Below, in pieces: positions 12,319-26,200 of a stretch of 64,000 nt of DNA. A program made the translations under genes and the position numbers. Below the pieces are notes generated by a model, which was given only the letters and a program-made list of their open reading frames with translations, made no database searches and had not been told where the DNA came from. Source of the stretch: Balanoglossus misakiensis (lineage: Eukaryota > Animalia > Hemichordata). The stretch lies in the NCBI GenBank assembly GCA_040954595.2, contig CM082579.2:1935908-1999907 (forward strand), read 5' to 3'. Every line of letters begins with the position of its first letter. The stretch's first letter is position 1.

Positions 12319-14285
12319 TATTTTTCTCTGATTCGTATCACTTCTACGTATTTCATGAGACGTGTCTAAACACGAATTTCTTAAAAATCACAACCCTATC
12401 ATGATTTTAATCAGATTGGTAGAGAGTTTGACACGTAACTCATAATGTTAAGTTTATTTCTCTGAGTGTAACAATTTTTAGAGCATTCTATATTAACACA
12501 AATAAATTTATTACATTGCATACTTGTAAATATAATCTGACCGTGGTAAATTCATGGTAAACATGGTATTCTATCGATCCGCAAAACAGAGTAAAAGAAG
12601 AACAATCAGGAAGAAAAGAGGAAAATACCTTCACGCTAAACACAGCAGGCACTTTTGAGTGGGAAAGTGTCCAAAGTGTATAATTTGTCTATTCTTTGCT
12701 GTTCATATGCCTGAACAATGTTCGTCCTTTATCGTAGATGGTACTGACACAAACTGTGCAGAGTAGAAAACTTACAAGAAATTACAGAATATTATATTTT
12801 TTTACTTTCTTAAAAGGCTACTAAAGTGTCGGTCCAAATTAGACCTTTAAAAAGGGAAATGGGGTGAATGGGTTAAAAGTTTAAAACTGATGAGAAGGCC
12901 GTTGTTTTTAAAGTAGTGTACTACATCAACACAAATGTTGCTGTACAAAATCTTGCAAGGAAGTCGTAAACTTTCCTGCCAAAGTTTGAAAATTATAATG
13001 GCCATTTGAAAGTTTATATCTAAAAAGTAGATTTGGTGGACTATCCCTTGAAGGCATCCTCAGAAAAAAATCTTGCAATGATTTTCAAATGTTCATGACA
13101 ATAATTTTCATGACCTTTGACATGTGAGTCTATTGAAGAGATCACACTTGGTCTAGAAATTCTGAAAATCCCTAAAATTGGACAACTTTTGGCGCAACAG
13201 TTCATTTTAATAGAGAAGCTAAAGAAAGGTTTCATGTTACATTATTCTGATTGATCACACAGAGTACATCCAACAATTTTTCATCTGATTTGAAGATTGG
13301 TTAGGCATACTGCACAATTCTACGGTATCTATGCATGCTATGCTGGCACTCTACGGTATGTCTGTTGCTCTCGGCTTCTATGCATGTCTTGTACAGATGA
13401 GAACAAAAAAGGGGGGGGGGGAATTAAATTACAAAAATCTAGTTTGAAAGTTGACGGTTGTGCCCACAAGAGAATGAAACCAGAATGACTAATTTGTATA
13501 AGCTGGCTGCTACACACGGTCTGAAAAGAACTGCACACACATCTGGCTATGATCGAGAATTAAAGTTATACACGGATTCCGAAGGAAAATTTCCAATATT
13601 GTGAAGATTATAATACAGTGTTAGATTGTCTGAATACCCAAGAGATACTCCTATAAAACAGCTATATAGGTATGTGCAAACTTACTGGTTGGTCAGTGCT
13701 TACAAAATAGAAACATTTACACAATCTGTTTGTTTAGATGTCCAGCAGGTAATTTTGGTCTTTTTCTCCCTTTTACTTGTAGGAGTAAGCTGTGAGGCAA
13801 TAGTGATTTCAAGAAAAGTTTCAAGAAAAAGAGACTTAAAAAACAATCACAAACGTTCACAAACGTTATTAAGTAAAATTTACACAAATTTACAGTATTA
13901 ACACTGAATTATTTTGGTATATCTTTGATATGATACAACAGTGACTTAATACAAAAATTGTCAAAATTTATATCAAATATTAAACAAGCCACAAATTTGT
14001 AAATCAAATATGAACAGTATTATTGAGGTAAAATTTACACACAACTTTAAAGCTATTAATTGTATTATTCTTTACAGAATACCTAAAACACTTAGGAGGT
14101 TACTGAATCATGTGTAATTCAAAACTATATGACCCATTGATCATACAAATATTTTGGTCTTAAAGGGGCTTTGCTTGGGGTTGAGAATTCTTCCGAGTAT
14201 GTATCTCCATTGTTCTTGAGCATACATTTATGTGTATATTCTCAAATAGTATGTATGGAGACAAATTTGTAAATTTCACTCCTTT

Positions 14286-17200
14286 TTAGAAAGAGCGCCC
14301 CCAATCATCAAGAAGAGTTCCTTCAGCGAAGTCTATGTCCATTCCATCTCCCTCCGCACACGCTCCGATATCTGCAATCATTTTGTCAATGTCGACATCC
14401 ATCAACATACTCAGAATCTGATCGCTCTGGACCATGTTGTTAGCGCCGTTCACCTTCTGTTCTTGGATTTCAGAACAGCTGGTGATATCATTCTGCTGAA
14501 ATGACATGTTGCCATGGGGATGTCTTGCCGGCGGCGGTGGTGGTGGCAGGGTGCCGTTTAAGTTGACCAGGCTCTGGGGATCGGAGCTGACGATGAGAGA
14601 TCTGACCAGAGAATGGTGTTGTTTCCCCGTCTCCTGCACAGACTCGGAAACCGGCCGCTCTTGCAGTTCTTCAAGAAACTCTGCTCTTGTCTGATCCGAG
14701 TATCTGGTGAAGTCCACCCGATTGTGCTTTTTCTCCTTCGGGTGCACCGACTTGCCAGTCCCACTGACGGCTTCTGATCTGGAGAGGCTCATTTCAGACA
14801 CAGACCCCAGTCCATTGAAATGATGAAGCTGGGCTCTGTGTGAGGCCTGGTTTTCCAGCGGAGGTGACTGTGCTGGTGGCTGCACAAACCTGGGAGATTC
14901 CGGAATGTCGTCATTTACCGAGCACGTGCAGGCTATTGGTGCGAGAGGTGGCGGGGCTTCCAAATCTGGCATTCTGTGCGGAATCTGTCCTGCTAGTTTG
15001 TGCCCACCGCCCGGCGATAACAGGTAGCTGGTTAACTGAGGAAACGACTCGGCTAGCGACTTGTCCTTGTTTACATCTGCCATCGTCGTGCAAGGATGCA
15101 CAAGGGCGCTTGTACAGGGTGGGCTGCTTGGACTGGCCAGACATGTTTGCACTGGACTGGACAACAGAGATTGGTTGGGGTGGTTGGAACCTTGGATGAT
15201 AGCCGACATGGTAGTGTTACCGGGTGAAACTGGTGAATTGATCAGAGCTGAGAGGAGATCACTTCCTTTGGTCTGTTGTAGCAAGTGCTCTTGCATTATA
15301 CCCAGCTGCATTTGCTGGCCTTTTATTGTTGCACCCTGTGTGTACATAAAATGAAAAGGAAACAAGAAATTACGTTGGTCGAAATCTGAATCACTTGGAC
15401 ACATAGTCATACTACAACAACTTGAAAGACCATGCAAGAAAGTAGTCAACATTTATCAGCCTGCAGTATGTTTATATATTGACGAGTTCTACTCATAAGG
15501 TCTAAATAGTTCAAAATGGTTCTACATTGGCATAGAATTACGGAAGAAATAATAGTTTGACCTGCATGGGGTGGTGTAATATTTCTTTGCTAAGCCCAAT
15601 GTCTCACCTGTAGTTTAACAAGATCACTCAAGTATGAGTTTTGCAGATGATGTTTGCTCATCACTTCCTGTGTACTTGTTATCTCCTTCATCTGTGCATG
15701 CATTGCAGCTTGTAGTTTCTTCTGCTTTTCTTGGAGCTGTCTTGGCGACATCTGTGATGTGGCTTTCCTGCTGCTGCTTGCCGACATTCGCCGAGCTGTT
15801 GCTCGTCCACTGCTGACCACATAGGGAGATTTCTGTCAAAAATAATTTCATACATATGTTTTCTTTTTTGCTCTTTTGAATGAACAAATAGGGTGGATAA
15901 CATTGTACATATCAAAAACAGAATTGACCGAAATGGCTGTTTATGTTAATTCCAAGAAATCCAAACCAAGGCAATCTAGGAATTAGACACGACAAGTCAG
16001 CTCTTGTAATATTACAGCAACAACCTCAGCTATGACATGGGCATATATATAATTAAAATATACAATATTGTTTTTTATTATGTCACAAAAGTGAATGACA
16101 ATCAGAGAAAATTTGGGGCACAAGAACGCCCAAAATCACCATAATTTGCACTCTTGGTCAGCTCCCTGAACACTAAAATGAGAAGAAATACAAAAACATG
16201 GCTGATGTGTACAGGTATATAGCACTTACCGTCGAGCTTGTAGCCACACTGACTCTACACGCTGTCGTTGGCATACTCCACGAAACTGTACATGATGACG
16301 ACAACATATTCGGTGACGACTGTTGACTTATCATGTTAGATTCGCTCCGACTCCCGTCATTAACCGGCGCGTGATCTGTCAGACGTTTTTCATTGTCACT
16401 GTTAGAATTATCCGTCTGCTTTGTTATCTCCAGAGTGCCAAAGTTGCCGATTTTGGCCAGGTCTCGTTCAGATTCCTCCAGTAGAGACATTAGCGAAGAC
16501 TGATGCAGTCTGATGATCTCTGGGTTGTTTATAAACCTGCTGGTGGTGCTTCTGCTCGAGGGTGGTCTCTCAGACGACGATGCGAGTGGACTCGCACTGT
16601 CATCAGAATTTCGACTCGCAGGAAATTGAATGCTAATAACTTCCTCTGCTTTTATCTCTGCCTCATCCACTTTTGCACAAAGAGGAAACAAATCTTGTTT
16701 CACCAGATTATCTTTCACTGCCTTCCCATTGGATTGATCTTCTGACGGTATCTCCTCAACTATTTCACTTTCTGACGCTATCACCGTGACGATCTCACCT
16801 TCGCTGATTTCACTCGGCTGCGACACAGGTGTCTTCTTGTCTAGATCAATCACAGCTGACTTGTCTTTTTGACAATGTTGGGAAGTCTCCTGAGAAAGAA
16901 GTTGCCACTTGTCTTCATGCTCCAAATATGTGGATCCGGAATCGTCTTTGCCTGCAACTAAACCAGAATCAAAATGCTGAATTGATTAAAATACATGTAT
17001 ATATAAACTCACACTCCTATATCAAAATCAATGAAACAATCTCCTGCATAAAATATCAGTTCATCTACAGGAAATTATGACACCGAAGAAAACAAAAACA
17101 TAATTTGCTAGTCCATCAACATGTCTACACTGTCATATCAAAACACTTGATATGTTTTCATGTCATTTACATGAAAAACATGTTATGAATGGTATCCTGA

Positions 17201-20200
17201 TATATCTTTCCGTACAAAAGCAAACTGAGTGCACCTCATGGGACAAACGTTTGTCTCATGGCATTTGCATGTAGCACTTAAACATAAATGATGAGTTGCC
17301 ATGGCGATTGATGTATTTTAAGAGATATTACATGTTATTCTATATCCAGAGTTGAGTTACAAGACATTATGCGACCAACTTTCATCTCTCAACATGGATT
17401 GATTGACTACAAGACTGATTTTGCAGCGGAATAGCACAGCTACGTGAACATGTATGCATCAGCCAAATGAACTTTTAGAGATTAGTCAATTTAGGGACAG
17501 CTGTAATTTTGGATTTTTCCCAATATTTTAACTCAGTGCATCAAATAAACAGTCAAGTAAAATTTATTCAGTCTCTTATGCTATCATAAAATGTAGCCCC
17601 CTCATGCTATAAATTCCTAAAATTATCATGGTCATTAAGAATTATTACACAATCTATGTCCATGCAGTTTTTAGGTTTTTTATAGCCATTCCTCAATGGT
17701 ATCCCACAACCCAAAATAACTTACCAGACTATATAGCAAACAATGGAGAAATTCAAGCAGGCGCGTCATTAATTTGCAACTCCACCATTCATATCAATTT
17801 TCACTGACAGCCTATTTTATGACATATAGCATACGTAGTGTACTGCCTGATATGTTGATCCCTATAATACAAAGATACTCTGAGTTATGGTCAAACCTTT
17901 TAGTACAGCATGTACTCACCATCGTTGTCTGTTGTGAACTGGTCTTGACCGGTTTTCCCCAATGACTCTTCTTGCCTGTTCACAGTGACACCCTCACCAG
18001 TTTTTTCCCGGTCTCCATCACTGCTGCTGGTAAAGGTATCATCTGTTTCTGTACCTGGTTCATAATTACATTTGGATTTTTTCTGCCTGGCTTCCACTGA
18101 GTTTTCACGTTTTCTTTTGCCGCACACCCAGTGTCTGTCTGTAGTCCTCTTTGCCCCTGATTCAAGGATGTCATCACCAGTTTTTCTGTCATTCTTAAAG
18201 GCTGTCTGCATTGTGTCAGAGGGGCTGACTATTTGGCATTTTCCAACTGAACCACTTACACCACAATCTCCTCCAAGTGCTTCATTTGTGTCAGAATCTT
18301 TGTGAGATTCATCAATACTATCAGAACTGTTTTCCACTGTCTCTGATTTATCTTCTTCAGTTGTTGGAAAAATTACAAATTCTTCTGGTGTATCTTCTAT
18401 TGTGTCTTTATCTGACATACAACCTGAAGGCCCATCACATTTTTCTGTGTCTTTGATTTCTATAACCTCAACGTTCTCCTTCATTAATTCTTTACTACTG
18501 TCAGTTTGAACACATATTGATGTTGGACACATGTCTGAATCAACTGGGTTGAAATCTTTGGTGCACATGTTTGAACAAACACTATGTTTCACCTTGTCTG
18601 CTACAGTGTCTGTTTGTCCCCTGCCACATGGATCTGCATCTGAAGGGTTGCTAGGCGACAGAGTTCGGTTCAACACATCATCCTGATGGGTATCATCTGT
18701 ACCTGAGTTGGGGGTTCTATCCTTGATACTTGTACTGACACTCTTGCACAGTAAACTCTCAATGTATTTGCGCTGGGAGGCATATTTGAACTGACCGGCT
18801 ATGATACTTAGAGTTCTTGAGAAAGATTCCGACATGGTGCTTTGCTCTGGGCTGACAGTGTCGGGTTTGATGTCTGTCGGGTTTTCATTTGTGGAGACAA
18901 CGTTGGAGGAATTTTGGTTGCATTGCTTTGGACGACTTTCCATGATGAATCGCGCCCCTTCCTCTTCACTGTTGAATAAATTAATGTAATAACAAGATGG
19001 TTATTACATATGTTCAAAATACATATGCAGTATTACTATTAAGGCAGCATGTAAAATGGTGGTTCGTGGGTAACTGGAGTATGGTAGAGACAAAATCTCA
19101 GTTGGCCCAAATTCAGGTACCAGTGAGTGTGGACGCGGCCCAAATCTATTTTCCCCCTATGGACAGTTACAATGTTCAAGACTCATGATTATTTTCAATC
19201 CATCATCTAGCATCAGATAATTTTCACAAACCTTTCCCAATCATGTTTTGTCTTGTCACTAGTACCTGTACACAATTGATGTACTTTGCTCAGCAGGGAA
19301 GGTCTAACAGTCAGACAGATAAAAACTTAAGTACATTATACAGATCTTGTTGGCTGGGATCAAATACCCTTATACTGTAATGCCCTGGCCTCGCTTCTCT
19401 GCAAACAATTCTGACAGTCTCTGACCTAAGCCTACACCTGTTGATATGACTACTATGTATGGTTTTAGCCATCTGATGCAGGTTACATCAATACAATTTA
19501 TAAAATGGTGTGACTGCCCTTTTGATGTGATTCTTAAGGTAGATGACTACTCAGATACACTTGCATGGTTACCACATTCCATATCCTTACATGTAGAATT
19601 TTAGATGACTACTGAGATACTCATTTATTAAGCATTAATAGTGGACATTTTAGTCTTCACATCACTGAACTAACAAAAAAATCAGACTTGGTAGGTACTA
19701 CTGCCTGCAAGAAGGGACCGTGGTAATACTTCAGAAAAAATCTCTAAATTCTCCAACCAGGAACCCTGAATATAAGACATTGTGACCTACAATAGAGATT
19801 GGACATTGTACCCTGCATGTGACCAACTTGAGAGGTGATGCCAGGTACTCCTTGAAAAGTTCATCTATCGAAGAATGTGGGCCATCATCTGTGTTTATAT
19901 GGATGAACTATTAACAGACCATGGATAATTACAATGGTAAACGAAATTGTACCAAAACGGACAAAAAATCAGGCCAGGTATACCAGTATTTGCATAATGG
20001 TTCTGAAAAACATTCTACAACTGTCTGAAAAAGAACGATGGTATGACGCAAAAATGTTAAATTTCAATTGTTATGCCTCCTCCCTCAACAAGGAGTTATG
20101 CCAGGGTAATAGGAGGGGGGTTTGGCTTTGTGGATGATTTGCACCTGCAAACTTCTAGTCGCAATTGATCATGGAACATGGTTCTCTCATCCCCAAATTA

Positions 20201-23200
20201 CAAGCAATCACTTCATCTTTAAATATACAATGTTGCCTTAAAACGCAATGATACGCATTCGCTCATTTGCATGTAAAATAGACAATGTTTAGCTTACGAT
20301 GGTGGGGAATCAATTCTGATTGGGAGAATTAATCTACAAACAGACATGTTCGCCAAGGTCAGTCGAGATAAAAATAACGGGGTGCATTTCTTTGCAGATA
20401 TAGTAACACACGCACACGGGTCAAGCCTAAACAGCAATTTGATAAGTTGTAAAGTCATCAGACCTCCATACAAGCGACACATTCTTGCAATGCTACAGAT
20501 ATTAAGAGTCAAAGATTACGCTGATATCAGTAGAGTTTCTGCTAAATGCCCACCTGAGTGTACACCATATATAACAGGCATCAAAGTCCACTAAGGAAGA
20601 AATGCAAGCTGGCATTAATTGGGTTTCTTATCTCCTGATAACATCATCAGAATGAATTCTAGACGAAATTGATTTCAAGATTTAGGGTGCAATCTTATGT
20701 ATCAAAAACGATCATTGAATGAGACACATGTAATGAACATTTAGAAATTATTAGTTGAAAGCAATTTTCTACATGAAGGACGTAGAGAGCATATGAGATA
20801 AAAAATAATTTTGCTGTACCATAGTCAATACTGCTAAGGAAATGTGATACCGCCAAATTTTATGCTTGAGAGACATTAAGCCAGCAATTATGTTATCTTC
20901 AAGGAAACTGTCACAGAATGAAATTTAGGCCAGACAGTCATAATACACTACCGGTATATGTATCAGAAATTGATACTCATGCAATATTCCTCTAACTTGC
21001 ATATCATTAAAAAGTACCATCAGAAAAGTCGTCAACCCTGGGTGAAATGCTTATTGCTTGGCTGTTTCATACAGTTTTCAATCAAGCTTGTAGATTTATA
21101 AAAACAAGGATGTGGCGGTTCATGGAAAAGTCACGAATCAAGCCAAAGGTTTCATCATTAAAAATACTGTCAATTATATGGTTATATGATTTTTCCATAT
21201 GTGTTAAGATCTGACAAAATGTGAGCATTTTTTAATATTAAAAATCATAACTCGTCTGGAAGCAGACAAGATAAAACAATCATTCAATTTTGTTTTCATT
21301 TTCCTTGCTCGTGAGATAGACATTTAATACAACAAAATAATTCAATAATGTTCAAACAAAAGTGCCTGTACTTGTCCACTAGTGGTTTCAATTTCTTGTC
21401 TAAACATGCATCATCTATTTACAATGCACCCAACAGATCGTGTACCATGAGTAAAATTCTGACCCCTAATTGATCTCACAGCAGATTAAAATTCAATGGA
21501 AGTTTGATAATGAACACAAATGATTACTGCCAAATGAACAAGAATTGCAATCTACTAAAGTAATAACTTAATTGTTATGTTTACCCTTAGGTTTATAATG
21601 GCATTGATAATTTGTGATTACGTAACCTAAACAGTAGTCGCTATTTTGTAACTACAAAATATATGGATGTACATTGCAGCAAACAAGAAATGACCATTTC
21701 TATTACAACATCAACAATCCCTTACCTAATTTCTTAAAGTATTTAAAAGTCTAAATGATTACATGTATTATATTTGAAATTTCACCCAATTCAGCTATTT
21801 TTTTCAGAAGATACATGGCACGTGCAGGCAGTCTCTATATTTATCACTGTACTTACCTTGAGAGAGACGCTACAACAACTGAGTTCGGGTTAATTACTCA
21901 AGAGAATCCTGACACTTTGACCTTCAGGCTAACAAAAAAAGGTCCTGAATGCAAGAAGGACAGAAGGAAAATGGCGCATTCCAATTTTCAAGCGCCTTCA
22001 TGGAAACACGCAAAAAGCACCAGAGACCAAAGCACAGCCAACACACCCCGTCTGCGGGTGCATACACAGTGCTTGTTTTGGTTGATTGCATGGATAGACC
22101 AAATGCTACCCCCTTGTATCCTAAAAAATCTCCAGATAAGATAGCAGCGCCTAGATAACTAACTACAGGCAAATGTCACTGCATGGTTGGGGGGCAGTGG
22201 GGTTGAAAGGTCAAATCAATGCTAACTTGCCTCATGACTTGATGGACACTGATAATGTGCTGTGCTTTCTTGGTCCATTTGTTGTAACAGGTGAAACCAT
22301 GCGTCCTGACAAACACAGTTTTTCCCGTAACACTGGTGAGTCTGGCAACTTGACCAATCATGGAGCCTTCCTCAAGCACTGCAACAGAAGTATATATCCC
22401 GACTTTTTAATTTTTTTATTCAATATGAAAGATATTACAGAACAGAAATAAGACAATACAGAACAGTGAAAAAGAAAGACCGACAAAATCAGTACCCATA
22501 GTGTATGTATTGGTTGGGTTAGTTTATGTCTACATAGAGAACCTTGAAATTTTACTTTAAGGTAGACCGTGCACCTCAAAAATCAAAGTTTTAAATTAAA
22601 ATTGAGAAAAACAAAACAAGGTCAATTCTGGCTTCAGAAAACTTACCTCTTTTGTGCATGTTAGCCATGATAGGAAGATCATCTCTGTGGAGAAATTTAT
22701 AAGCTGACATACCACACACTTCCGCAGGCATATATCCAAGCACGACAGATGCGCTGTTGAAAATACAAATGATGATATTGTTTTGCACTATTGATATTTT
22801 TTCCTTTTCTACACCTACAGCTGCCTAACATGTAAAACATCTAGTTTTCAGCCATGTGTTGTCAGCTTTGCTTCCAAAACTAACATCTTGCAATGACCAT
22901 TCCACTGGCCCAATAAAGCCTGATAGCCCTTGGTGGGAATTGTGGTGTCCTTTAGGACGGCAAATTTTGATACTTTATCAACTTACTTGGGATGGGCAAA
23001 GTTGATATTTCCCATCAAATCATGCCTCGTAACATACTCGTTGTCCGGTGGTGCTGCTATAATATCCTGGATTTCCAGGTGCCTGTGCAAACGACCCACT
23101 CCAATAAGACTGAGTTCTGGCTCCAATTGGTTTGTACCATCTGAAATGAAAGATATGAATATATTATGACTATAATAAAACAAAGAAAGTGATGATGATG

Positions 23201-26200
23201 ATGACGATTAATGATGATGATGACGATTAATGATGGCATTGGTGATAATAATGACGATGATGGTGGTGGTGGTGGCTACATGGTGGAGATATTGATGCAT
23301 CACACAAACCTTCACCATTGGTTGCGAAATATTTTTTGACTTGTCCTACAACATGTACCATCTCATAGAGTGGAGAATCTGTTACTTTGTGTCGCAGATT
23401 TGCTATCCGTATGTAAAAGGACACGTATCTCTCTGTTTCTTCTAAAACAAAAGAAAACAAAAATTAACCAAAGCTAAATTATAGCATAATGTATTTGTCT
23501 ATTAAGTGCAATTCTGAGTGTCCGCATATGATATGTTCATGACTTCAATGGGGTAAATACCAAACTATCAGAAACGCAAAGTTAAAATACTAAATAATAC
23601 AACTAATATTACCATTTTCCTTCTTTCTTTTTCTTACCTTGTGAATTGCCAGACTGTGAATGTTCATCAAAAAGTGACAGTTTTGATTTCAAGATTCCAT
23701 GGTCATCTGGATGAAGCACGTTGAATACAGACTGACCAATTATTTCATCCTGTTGGAGAAACCAAAGTTTTTAGTGGTAAATTTGTATATGTTTTAGAGT
23801 GTGTGTATATTTAAAGAGAAAACTTTTTTTATCACATTAACTAATAAGTATCAAAAATTATTGTTATCAGCATTCGATAAACAAAGGAAGACACACTGAA
23901 TCTAACAGTTGTATGTATGATCTTTCTCTTTGTTACAGCAATGCTGAATAATTGTTGCAGAAAGGCAGGTCAAGCACTTCATGCAACCACAACTGTGACA
24001 CTAGAGGGCGTTGTAACTCCACGAAATTTAACTGTCATTACTTTTCCAACAAATGTCAAATTGCGACTATTGGATACCTATCGATAATTTCTTGACTTCA
24101 CCACCTGCAGACTCTAAGACATGACTACTTCTCAACGATTTCTCAAATTTCCTCTCAACTCAAACCTGTAGGGTTTGTTCCAACCACATGTTGAGCGCTG
24201 GAATAATACAACACACTGATTACTGGACTGTTCCAGAGGAACACAGTAATAGCTGCACAAAGCAATAAACATGTCTGTAAAATTGCATATCTGCAACTTT
24301 TCTGTCTGGTCCCAAGTTTGCAAGTATCATAATATTGAGACACGTACTATAATCATATCATTCCAGCAATGAGGAAAAAAATCATAAGAACAATCTCAGA
24401 CTTACAGGAATATGTCCTAACAGTGACTCAATGGTGTCTGATGCAAACATCAGGGTGCCACGTCTGGAGACGATGAGAAGAAAACCACCTACAGACTGAC
24501 AGAGAAGAAAAAAAAGATGGAATAGAAGTTAGATTGTGATAAATTTTCATGACGATTGAGAATTCAAAGCATATACGTGACAAAATGCAGCTGTCTTTCC
24601 TCCAATTGATTCTACAAAAGACTTACTCTTACCTGTAAATAAACCATGCATAGCATTGGCCATTAAAAGGAAAAATACCGTACACTAGTCTAGTCAATTT
24701 CAAACACTCTGATCAGAAATCAACAAAACCTAGCACAAGGATATTCACAATTAAGCAATAAGCGGAAAAAACCTGTTCAGATTTTGGCACTAATCCAGGT
24801 TACAGAAATTGCTGCATAATTCATCAGAAATGCAACATGGGATTAGACTAGGTGTAAAGAAACGGTAACGCAACACTCAGGAAAAAAAGTCACTGTAAAT
24901 GACATAGTCTCTGCTTGATCAACAGATCAATAGTCACCCCCATCCTGGACTTTATCTGTTGGGACTAAAACCAGCTTAGGTTTATCACACTCAGGCTTCA
25001 AATTTCAGTGACGTCAAATGTTACCTCTAAGAGAGCTACTCCTAGATTATCTGCCATTGTAAAAGGTCCCTTCCACTTCTTTCTCTTACAAAATGGAGCA
25101 AGATCTGCAAACAAAATGAGAAAATCCATTCACGAAATGATGGTAATAATTTATCAAATACAAAAACAACCTCATTTTTGAGAAAATCTGGCTTTGGTTA
25201 GTCACTGATTTTCAACCTAAAAGAAGAGTTTTCTGACAATTTTTTTCTGATTTGTCAGATATGCACACTGGACTGTAAAATAATAAATTTCAGAGGGAGG
25301 GGACCAATCCTGGATATTGTAGAGACATTAGAACATAACATACAGTGTTGGAGTACGACCCTGAATTTCATGAATCATTATCATTATGCAGACACGAGAA
25401 AGCCTAAGGAATTGTCAGAAAAATACATTAATGTCCTTACCCATGATAGTCTATAATCCACTCAAAAAATGGGGCTCAAACAACCTTTGCTCGTGTGATA
25501 ATGGGCCCAGGTCACATGATCAACCATACATTTTATGACTTTACAAATTAAATATACAGCAAAACTAGCTGTGCCAAAAACATAGACTTTGATGTGCATG
25601 CATCATTTCTCAAAAGGAAGTGGAATATCACAGAAATGTCTCGGGTAGCAGTTGAAGTGACTTTAGAGTTATTATTATTGGAACCTGCAAAGAGTCATAA
25701 AAGCAGGCCATGGCATATCAACTTACATTGTGTACATATACCTGGGAAATTTATTGGGGGTCTACATGCAAGAAATTATAATCTTGACAAATTACTACAT
25801 GATATGGTACAATCCCTCAAACAACTAAATTACTAAGCTTGGCTTTTATGATGCTGTTTGCCAGGGTTCATAAGCTCAACAATGTAGGTCATGTGCTAAA
25901 AATTGCCATGTACAGTCACAAAATTGCAGAGTGGTATTTAACATTTTCAGACAGGTTTACCATAGTATAAAGCTGATTTAAACGTCACAAAAAATCATTA
26001 TTCAACTCACCATGGTGCAATCTCAAGTAATTCACAGAAAGTTTTAAGATGGCTGTCTTTTCTCTTCGTTTGATGTTGGGCGTCGGTGGTGCTACCAAAT
26101 CAGCTAACTGACTGATGTAATTATTCAGTTTGTCTCGCCGAAGTTTATCACTCATGTTACGAGACAGTCTATTGCAACTGAAGAGGGAAAAAAATGCAAC

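Noticed and set aside
15624-15887. Alternative frames for the exon near 15.6-15.8 kb
   Set aside because: Only the acceptor at 15833 gives a phase-0 open exon joining both neighbours; the other frames hit stops.
21755-22158. 129-aa and 69-aa + strand ORFs inside the Met-like intron, as a possible nested gene or neuropeptide precursor
   Set aside because: No signal peptide, domain or amidation pattern; more simply explained as intron sequence around the candidate cassette exon.
23227-23309. Poly-His tail in ORF 23227-23460
   Set aside because: Read-through into an intronic trinucleotide repeat past the donor at 23309.
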